IMG/VR virus record: IMGVR_UViG_3300038673_000984
Span: 1 to 46,271 of that record
Length of the DNA stretch: 46,271 nucleotides
Origin: a virus
Taxonomy: Duplodnaviria > Caudoviricetes
Direction: 5' to 3' (one strand)
The notes under the pieces: model-generated
What the model was told of the DNA's origin: nothing
Database searches by the model: none
What the model saw: only the letters and a program-made list of their open reading frames with translations
Part shown: in pieces, positions 18,978 to 26,062 of the stretch
Layout of the letters: every line of letters begins with the position of its first letter
Position numbering within the stretch: position 1 is the first letter of the stretch
Position numbers and translations under genes: made by a program

Positions 18978-19469
18978 TTATGCATTCTCGAATTCCGCGT
19001 ATGTACGCGTTATGCCAGAAGAACAGGCTAGTTTTTTTGTGTAATACATCTCTAAACTTTGAAGCTCTGAAAGTGACATATACTGAATATTCCGGCCGTT
19101 AATGCTGTAAGACTGGATCGCTTCATTATTTATCTTGGCGTATATCGCTTTCTGGATCAGGTCCAGCATCTCCTGGACTGTAGGAACGGCCGAAGGCATT
19201 GAACTTGTAGAGATAGCACTTACCGCCCGGAATTCCTGCTGATATTTAACATCGAGCGTGGAATTGGTTACCTCCACGATATAAACTTCACCGACTACAG
19301 CCGGCGTAAAAGTTACTTTCCAGCTGATACCGCCGACAAACGTCGGAACCCCAAAAGCGAATATAGAACCGTCACTACCCTTGCGGATCTCATAAGTGAT
19401 CGTATCTGTCGATTTCGACTCGGGTACCGGGATGATCGCGAAGAATGATTGATTGACGGTTATGTTCAT
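18978..19469 (-). CDS. gpW-like head completion protein with extra N-terminal beta domain
   Basis: C-terminal QSYSINGRNIQYMSLSEL; directly upstream of portal. Confidence 0.7.
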   Translation of the reverse strand: MNITVNQSFFAIIPVPESKSTDTITYEIRKGSDGSIFAFGVPTFVGGISWKVTFTPAVVGEVYIVEVTNSTLDVKYQQEFRAVSAISTSSMPSAVPTVQEMLDLIQKAIYAKINNEAIQSYSINGRNIQYMSLSELQSLEMYYTKKLACSSGITRTYAEFENA

Positions 19470-19741
19470 GCAGCAACCTCAACTTTAGCCTTTCCACGGT
19501 AAACATTAGTTACTGTGATATCCAATCTCGCGTCTGTTACCGAAACGATATATATTTCGCCGACCACTGTAGGCGTGAACGTTACTTTCCAGCTGATACC
19601 TCCGATAAATACCGGAAGGCCGCTCTGAATAACTTCGCCGTTACTGCCTTTTCGGATCGTGTACCACATCTCGTCGGATAATAACGATTCATTAACTGCG
19701 AATACGGCGATAAATGGATGGTTTACTTTTATGTCTTCCAT
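19466..19741 (-). CDS. Stand-alone paralogue of the gpW N-terminal beta domain
   Basis: Shares IRKGS.G and GGISWKVTFTP.VVGE.YIV with 18978..19469; ATG 19741 with GAGG RBS. Confidence 0.75.
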   Translation of the reverse strand: MEDIKVNHPFIAVFAVNESLLSDEMWYTIRKGSNGEVIQSGLPVFIGGISWKVTFTPTVVGEIYIVSVTDARLDITVTNVYRGKAKVEVAA

Positions 19742-19758
19742 AACCTCTACAAATAAAA

Positions 19759-19902
19759 AAAGCGGCAATCGAGTGATTGGGCACCCAATTGCCGCATGTG
19801 TTTGAATTCAGGCCGCGAACCCGAATTTTTTATTATTGTATTTTCATATTACGATACGTTAATACCGAAAGTAAAGAAAACGCTTCAACACAGTTGAAAA
19901 TA
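19759..19902 (-). promoter_or_regulatory. Late promoter/leader unit, copy A (operator, promoter, hairpin, terminator)
   Basis: TTCAAC-N3-GTTGAA at 19884-19898; TTTACT-18-TAATAT; 14-bp stem plus U-tract; near-identical to 25640..25783. Confidence 0.75.
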
Positions 19903-19904
19903 TT

Positions 19905-20453
19905 TTAAACTCCAGCCCAAACTCCCATTAATTCCATCCGCTCAGACTTTTGATACGCCTCATCCAGCTCAACCGGATTTGGCCTTTTCCCGGTCAAATC
20001 AGGAATTATCACGCTGGCATATTTACCGGTACGTTCGCTGCAATACGCCCGCCAGGGATTATTTATCCAGCGCAAGCCGGTAGCTTGTCCAATAATACCG
20101 GGAAAATCATAGAACCGCTTAAACCAGGACGCATTCAGGTCAACATCAACACAGTTCAAAATTAATTTTTTTTCGAACGGCTTTATATCTTTACACCGCC
20201 AAAACTTTAAAATAACACCCTTACGGACATAACTATCCAGCGGGATCTCCTTATATAGAAGATTTTGCGACGCAAAATAACCGGCTCTGCGCATGATCAT
20301 GGAATGGTTTAAGTTTCCGCCAGTGCGTTCCCGTATGCCGAAGCCGACTATCCCGCGGATATCACAAACACTTACAAAAACCGGACAGTCTTCGTCTTTG
20401 ATCAAATAAGGATCGATATACTTTGCAGCTGCTGCTACAGATGTAATTTCCAT
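19905..20453 (-). CDS. Permuted papain-like (YiiX/YebB, NlpC/P60 superfamily) amidase
   Basis: Early His (LNHSMI), YDF motif, late AYCSE Cys. Confidence 0.75.
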   Translation of the reverse strand: MEITSVAAAAKYIDPYLIKDEDCPVFVSVCDIRGIVGFGIRERTGGNLNHSMIMRRAGYFASQNLLYKEIPLDSYVRKGVILKFWRCKDIKPFEKKLILNCVDVDLNASWFKRFYDFPGIIGQATGLRWINNPWRAYCSERTGKYASVIIPDLTGKRPNPVELDEAYQKSERMELMGVWAGV

Positions 20454-20626
20454 TATTTGAATGCCTCCAGTTTGGTTACAGCGTTATAAACGATCTCCCC
20501 GTCACCGGTTGCGTAAGGGCTTTTAATATCTTTGCCATTTAAATATATGTTGGTCGTGCGAGTAATGCTGCAACCGGCTACGATCAAACATAAAATAAAA
20601 ATGCTTTTATACGACAGATTCGACAT
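20453..20626 (-). CDS. 57-aa lipoprotein (absent from ORF track)
   Basis: GGAGG RBS; MSNLSYKSILFLCLIVAG/CSITR lipobox; TAATG coupling to the next gene. Confidence 0.75.
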   Translation of the reverse strand: MSNLSYKSIFILCLIVAGCSITRTTNIYLNGKDIKSPYATGDGEIVYNAVTKLEAFK

Positions 20627-20801
20627 TTTTCGTATCCTCCTCTAAGGGGATCTTTAATATCACCGCGTCATATTCATCGATGATCCTGCGATATTTTTCC
20701 GCCGAATCCTGAAGGGTTAATATCGCCCGTTGTATCGTTCCATACTGCTGAGCGGCCAGATGACGCAATTGACTGATCAATTCCCATTCGGCTTTCGTCA
20801 T
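20607..20801 (-). CDS. Small hypothetical protein
   Basis: 64-aa helical ORF within the operon. Confidence 0.55.
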   Translation of the reverse strand: MTKAEWELISQLRHLAAQQYGTIQRAILTLQDSAEKYRRIIDEYDAVILKIPLEEDTKNVESVV

Positions 20802-20815
20802 AACCGCCCCCGGTT

Positions 20816-21208
20816 CTAGTTACGGTTTGCGTTAGCGATTTTAGCCAGTTCCTGCATCATAAACGTTTTCAGATCATCGATTTTTATCTCCAAATGGCCT
20901 ATTTTTTTATTAAAATTTTCAACTGCACTGGCCGTATTTTTATGAAGAACATCACACATTTCTTTCCTGACAAAATTCGATTCAAACAGCGTTTTATACT
21001 CATCGAATCTGGAATAAATGCGCGATATTTTATGATCGACCTCGTCTTTGTGTTTTTTTAATGCCTCGTCAAGCTTTTCCGATATTTTCTCCTCATGCTT
21101 ACCAAGCTTGTAAGATATTCGCGCTACGGCGGCAATGATCCCAGCTAAATAGAACAGTATTGATAGTCCAATCTTTACCCATTCGTAATTTACATGCTGA
21201 GTTTCCAT
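20816..21208 (-). CDS. Single-TM plus coiled-coil protein, holin/inner-spanin-like
   Basis: IGLSILFYLAGIIAAVA TM followed by a charged coiled coil. Confidence 0.55.
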   Translation of the reverse strand: METQHVNYEWVKIGLSILFYLAGIIAAVARISYKLGKHEEKISEKLDEALKKHKDEVDHKISRIYSRFDEYKTLFESNFVRKEMCDVLHKNTASAVENFNKKIGHLEIKIDDLKTFMMQELAKIANANRN

Positions 21209-21222
21209 GCCACCCCCTTACA

Positions 21223-24153
21223 TTAACGATGTATGCGTATCATTGATTCTATACCGGTATATACTCCGGATTCTTTGTCGCCGTCTGTCGCGTCATTAAC
21301 ACCGGATAAGATATTGCCGGCAGTTCCGGCCGCGTATGATCCGGGAAGTTCTACGGACCAGGGATCACCGGCCGCGGATGCGGCATTAAGCTTGTTACCG
21401 GTTGTTCCTGATGTTAAATGGCCGCTGATCGGCTCATCCCAAACAGCATCGGCGATCTCTAAAGAAGTGGCGCAGCTGGACCCGCCAACCGCTGATATTT
21501 GTCCGTCAAGGTAATATCCGAATGTGCCAGCAGTTGAATGCCCGGATTGAGCCTCATCCCAAATAGCATCGATCCCGGCCGCGCTTAACACATAGCCGGT
21601 CTTATCCCACGTGGTTAAATTGGTCACGGTCCCGATTGTTACTGCAGACTGATCAGCTGCCAGACTATAACCCGTTTTATCATTATTTGTCGTAACGGTA
21701 ACGCCGGCCGTCACGCTTGCGCATGACCCAACCACGTTGCCGCCAACATTGCCAGTAACAGATGCAACCGCACCGCCGGCATAAGTTGACCTGGTTGATA
21801 TAGCAGCGTCAAGATTGGGCGCTTCGCTTGATGTAATGGCATTTGCCGCAATTGCTCCGGCATCTATGGCATTGTCAGCAATTTCGCTTGCGCCGATCGC
21901 GTTCGCCGCGATCGATGCAGCTGTGATCGTGTCAGTGCCCAATGCCGTTATAGTGCCGCCGGTAACTGTCCTGGCTGCAACCGCCCAAACGTCAGCTGCG
22001 GAGTGAGTGCTAAACCCTGTGGCTTTGTATTGTGAAGGATTATCCAGATCGGCTTGTATTGTGGATAAAGAAGCAGGTAATGTTGTGCCTGTGTCTTCTA
22101 AAATTGCTGCAATACTTGTGTTATCTGGAGCAGTATAACTTGCCGATGCTAAACGTGACGATATAGACGCATTAAGGTTGGAACCTAAAATATAACCGGC
22201 TGTTCCGGCTCCATACGCACCAGGAAGCGCGGTGCTCCATGGATCTGCAGCTGCCCCCCAGTTACCAATAATATATCCCGCAGATCCTACAGTATAAGAT
22301 CCTGGAACTTGCGTTGACCATGGATCTCCAGCCGCACCTGCGTTTTTTAAATAAGTTCCAGCATACCCAGCTGTTGAATATGCTGAAATATCTTTATTCC
22401 AAATACTCGATATTCCCGATGAGCTTAACTCATACCCCGTCTTATCATTATTCGTTGTTATAGTCACACCATTCGTGACATTAATTGTTGTCCCAATTGT
22501 TACACCTGATTGATCAGCTTCTAAACTAAATCCGGTTTTATCTGATACCGTCCCAGCCGTAACTGCTCCCCCGGCTGTAATCGCTAAGCTTGAGAAGTTT
22601 GTCGGAAAAGCTTGAGAAAGAGAATAACCAGTTTTATCGTTATTTGTCGTAACGGTAACGCCGTTTGTGACGTTGGTTACGGTCCCGATCGTAGTACCAT
22701 TAATATCAATGGTTGTGCTGTCTTCATCTAAGGCAGTTAAAGTGCGAGTCGCTGATGTCCATACGTCAGCGGCAGAATGGCTGGACCGGCTTGAGATCGA
22801 AGCGTTCAGATTATTTCCGATAATATAACCGGCCGTTCCTGCGCCGTATGCTCCCGGCAAAGCTGTGGACCACGGATCCCCCGCGCTGCCTGCGCCTACA
22901 AGGTAAGTTCCTGCATATCCTGCGGTCACATACCCAGAAATGTCTTTATTCCAGATTGAAGTGATCGCCGCGGATGAAATGCCAAAATCAGCTTTATCGG
23001 TAAGGCTGCGAGTTGCCACCGCCCAAACATCTGCGGCTGAATGTGTGCTGAACCCTGTGGCCTTGTATTGGTCCGGATTATCAAGGTCAGCCTGTGCCGT
23101 TGCCAGTGCCGCGGCCGTTGCCAGCCCGGAAACATCTGCTTTAAAATCACTAGCCACTGCTTGCATGCCAATAACAATATCCTCAACCGATGGAGCAATT
23201 ACGCTACTAACCGTAGCGTCGAGATTATCCTCGATCAGCAATCCATAAGAACCGAAAACATTATTTTCTGATGTTGAGTATCCCCAAACAAATGAAGCTA
23301 GGACTCCAGATGCTGTCGGATTTAACGTATCAATCAAATCCATTTGGTCCCCGGCCTGCGCCGCTGTTTTGGCTGCATCATAAGCTGTAGTTAAAGTCAT
23401 AGCGTCACCCGTGGCGGCCGGTGAAACTGGCAAATTATCGGTCTTAGCCTGAATAGCATTAACAGTTGTATTAATAGTACCGGCTAACGCATAAGCATCA
23501 CCGCTTTGGGCGTTATGAGTGCCAGCTGCCAGTGTCCCAATTATCCGGTCTTGCAAGGTATCAAGAATACTTGCGCCATTTTCTTCCATTTCTGTCTGGA
23601 TCTCAGCAACTGTAGGAACTGCTTCAATAGCAGTTTTAAGCGAACTATTGCCGTATGTGCCGTTATTAACGATCGCATAAGCATCGCCGGTCTGCGCTGT
23701 ATGCCCGGTTAAGGCGGCAACCTCATCAACTTTGCCGCTTGTCACATTGATCGCCCCGCCGTCGTCTGTTGTTGCAAGGTTGAGCGGATCTCCGACAAGT
23801 GTACGGATTAAAAGCGTCTGCGGTATTGCTCCTGTCGTTGATGATTTGACTTGCACGATAACATAATCAGCGTTCATTTCGCTTTGAGTAAGTGATAAAT
23901 AATATTGCCCATTAGAGCCTATCTCCGTTGCTTCATTAGTACAATCAGTGAACCCATCCGGAGCCGCCCCATCAGAAAAAGCGTCAATCTCCGAATCAAG
24001 CCCGGCCGCCCCCGTGATCAATGTGCCGTCGTTCTTCATGATCGGGAACGAAACATGCGTTGCCACATTTTTTTGACGTACGAGTTCGGCGGCTTGTGCC
24101 GTCATCGATGCCAGAAGAAAAAAGGCCGCCATCAATGAAATGAATTTTTTCAT
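21223..24153 (-). CDS. 976-aa Ala/Gly/Thr-rich repetitive protein with Sec signal peptide
   Basis: MKKFISLMAAFFLLASMTAQA/AE; repeated DPWS, DKTG and HSAADVW units. Confidence 0.85.
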   Translation of the reverse strand: MKKFISLMAAFFLLASMTAQAAELVRQKNVATHVSFPIMKNDGTLITGAAGLDSEIDAFSDGAAPDGFTDCTNEATEIGSNGQYYLSLTQSEMNADYVIVQVKSSTTGAIPQTLLIRTLVGDPLNLATTDDGGAINVTSGKVDEVAALTGHTAQTGDAYAIVNNGTYGNSSLKTAIEAVPTVAEIQTEMEENGASILDTLQDRIIGTLAAGTHNAQSGDAYALAGTINTTVNAIQAKTDNLPVSPAATGDAMTLTTAYDAAKTAAQAGDQMDLIDTLNPTASGVLASFVWGYSTSENNVFGSYGLLIEDNLDATVSSVIAPSVEDIVIGMQAVASDFKADVSGLATAAALATAQADLDNPDQYKATGFSTHSAADVWAVATRSLTDKADFGISSAAITSIWNKDISGYVTAGYAGTYLVGAGSAGDPWSTALPGAYGAGTAGYIIGNNLNASISSRSSHSAADVWTSATRTLTALDEDSTTIDINGTTIGTVTNVTNGVTVTTNNDKTGYSLSQAFPTNFSSLAITAGGAVTAGTVSDKTGFSLEADQSGVTIGTTINVTNGVTITTNNDKTGYELSSSGISSIWNKDISAYSTAGYAGTYLKNAGAAGDPWSTQVPGSYTVGSAGYIIGNWGAAADPWSTALPGAYGAGTAGYILGSNLNASISSRLASASYTAPDNTSIAAILEDTGTTLPASLSTIQADLDNPSQYKATGFSTHSAADVWAVAARTVTGGTITALGTDTITAASIAANAIGASEIADNAIDAGAIAANAITSSEAPNLDAAISTRSTYAGGAVASVTGNVGGNVVGSCASVTAGVTVTTNNDKTGYSLAADQSAVTIGTVTNLTTWDKTGYVLSAAGIDAIWDEAQSGHSTAGTFGYYLDGQISAVGGSSCATSLEIADAVWDEPISGHLTSGTTGNKLNAASAAGDPWSVELPGSYAAGTAGNILSGVNDATDGDKESGVYTGIESMIRIHR

Positions 24154-25622
24154 TAAAACACCCCCACGTTAATGCCTACATTGATTGAGTTGAAAGGAAA
24201 ATAGTTAGTATCACCACTGTCGCTGACGGTTACTTCTAAGTAAGGGTCTGTGGTTGTCCCGGAATATTCGGATGATCTAATCGATACCGTGTTCGTTGAC
24301 GTTATTGGCGTCACATTTTCGATATCTAATCCTGTTCGCATACCAAATTTAGAGAACCCTGTTTTAGATATCCAAGTTAATCCAGTAGAATTCAAATTTA
24401 TTTGGTAATACTGACTTGTAGTGTGATCACTCTCATTAAGCCGCGCTCCTTCGGATGGTGAATTTAATTCACCGCAAGTATCAAAATCTTTGGTAGAGAG
24501 TGTCGTTGTGGATGCTTGAGTTGTTTGAACGAAAGCTATATAATTAGATGTGACTTCATCAAAAAATCTGTTACTTATTATATAAAGATTCAGTGATGCA
24601 CTTTCTATAGTAGCAGCATCATCAATACCAGAAGTATCTATTGGTAGAAAAACTCTACGAATATAATAATTCGTAGTGACTTTTACTGTATTTACATCAA
24701 AGGATGTACTTGTATAATCTGCAGTACTACCTGTAGTCGCCCCCCTGACGGTTGTCCAAGAAGCATTTACATTCTGAACAAACCCATCACCAGCACCTTC
24801 GTAATAACTTGTAGGGTGATCTGTATATAATGGATAAACTGCTTTTTGTAGAACTTCCGGAGTAATTATTTTTCTTAAATAAGTTCTGCCATCTTTTACA
24901 TACAAAATAATATCAACGGATTCATTGAGTTCACTGCTATCCCAAACACGGGCATCCCTAAAATAACTCTCCTTTTTTTCAGGTCCTATTTTTAAAATTT
25001 TTCCTTTAAATTCAAGTTGACTTGTTTTGGTCCACACCTGATTCTCTATACTTTTAACTAATTCTTTATTTGCTTTATCTCGAGGCAAATCCATTTCAAA
25101 ATCAAAAAATAATTCTTTAGTGGTGTCTGTTGGTTTTTTATTAATAACGATTACTTTTTTTAACCCTGCCCAATAAGCATACACTTTTAAATCAATACCT
25201 TTACCAAACGCATCTTTGTATAAAACAAAGTTGCCATCATCTGCGTTGTTATGCATTTCACCTTTAACGTGCGCGCAAACAGGTTTTGCTCTAATGGTAT
25301 GATTTGCCCCCTCGTAATTGTTATAAAACTCAAACCAATCGTCAGCATATTGAGGAATTTTAGGCAAATAAGATGCTTTTGATAATTTCCATTTTTTATC
25401 TACAGCATCTAACTCCAATCTTGTATCTATCTTTTCAAAAGCTCCGGTTTTTGGATCTTTATAATTTACGTGAGCAGTATGAATGACATACTTTTTCTTT
25501 CCGTTTCCAATATCAAAAGCATTTTGGTTATATGTTCTTTTGTTTAAAATTTCTTGTTGGGCAAAGCAAACCCCATCGATATGCACAAAGAAAAAAAATA
25601 ATGCTAAGATGATTTTACGCAT
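24153..25622 (-). CDS. Secreted protein with DNRLRE-like C-terminal domain
   Basis: MRKIILALFFFFVHIDGVCFA/QQ; RRVFLPIDTS..IESASLNLY..SSEYSGTTTDPYLEVT; ATG 25622 with GGAGG. Confidence 0.75.
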   Translation of the reverse strand: MRKIILALFFFFVHIDGVCFAQQEILNKRTYNQNAFDIGNGKKKYVIHTAHVNYKDPKTGAFEKIDTRLELDAVDKKWKLSKASYLPKIPQYADDWFEFYNNYEGANHTIRAKPVCAHVKGEMHNNADDGNFVLYKDAFGKGIDLKVYAYWAGLKKVIVINKKPTDTTKELFFDFEMDLPRDKANKELVKSIENQVWTKTSQLEFKGKILKIGPEKKESYFRDARVWDSSELNESVDIILYVKDGRTYLRKIITPEVLQKAVYPLYTDHPTSYYEGAGDGFVQNVNASWTTVRGATTGSTADYTSTSFDVNTVKVTTNYYIRRVFLPIDTSGIDDAATIESASLNLYIISNRFFDEVTSNYIAFVQTTQASTTTLSTKDFDTCGELNSPSEGARLNESDHTTSQYYQINLNSTGLTWISKTGFSKFGMRTGLDIENVTPITSTNTVSIRSSEYSGTTTDPYLEVTVSDSGDTNYFPFNSINVGINVGVF

Positions 25623-25639
25623 TAAGGACCTCCATAAAT

Positions 25640-25783
25640 AAAGCGGCAATCGAGTGATTGGGCACCCAATTGCCGCATGTGTTTGATCCAGGCCGCGTAC
25701 CTGAATTTTTACGTTATTGTATTTTTATATTACGCCAGCTTATTACTGTAAGTAAAGAAAACGCTTCAACAGGGTTGAAAATA
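25640..25783 (-). promoter_or_regulatory. Late promoter/leader unit, copy B
   Basis: TTCAAC-AGG-GTTGAA at 25765-25779; same -35/-10 boxes and terminator stem as copy A. Confidence 0.75.
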
Positions 25784-26062
25784 GTTTTCGGGAAGCTCTT
25801 CCAATAGCCCGAATTTGCGTTTACAGGCCAGGCAGCGGCAGTAGGAATACTTTCCCCGGTGATCCTGGCTGGATCCGTAAACTTTGAATTTTATGCTATG
25901 ACAGTATGGACAGCTGTCCATTTTACGGCTTATGGTCTTTCTGAGGTAAGTTTCAGTAGGTGAGGGGATTGTTTTAACCTGGTCCGGCGGTTGTTCCGGC
26001 TGATCAATGGGCTCACGGTCGCGGCCGATCCAGTTGTCTTGTTTATTTAACCATTTTCCCAT
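25766..26062 (-). CDS. Zinc-ribbon protein, Ogr/Delta-like putative late regulator
   Basis: CPYC-x-YCRCLACKRKF; ATG 26062 overlaps the terL stop (TAATG). Confidence 0.55.
   Translation of the reverse strand: MGKWLNKQDNWIGRDREPIDQPEQPPDQVKTIPSPTETYLRKTISRKMDSCPYCHSIKFKVYGSSQDHRGKYSYCRCLACKRKFGLLEELPENYFQPC

Noticed and set aside
19742-19768. ORF-track starts at 19768 and 25649 (MPLF/MPLY)
   Set aside because: TTG lies inside the terminator stem; ATGs at 19741 and 25622 have RBSs, and the latter exposes the signal peptide
21223-24153. DNA-level tandem array
   Set aside because: Repeats are conserved at protein level with synonymous divergence
19759-25783. 144-bp repeats as CRISPR repeats, IS ends or a DGR TR/VR pair
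   Set aside because: Only two copies, direct orientation, no cas or transposase genes, differences not adenine-specific
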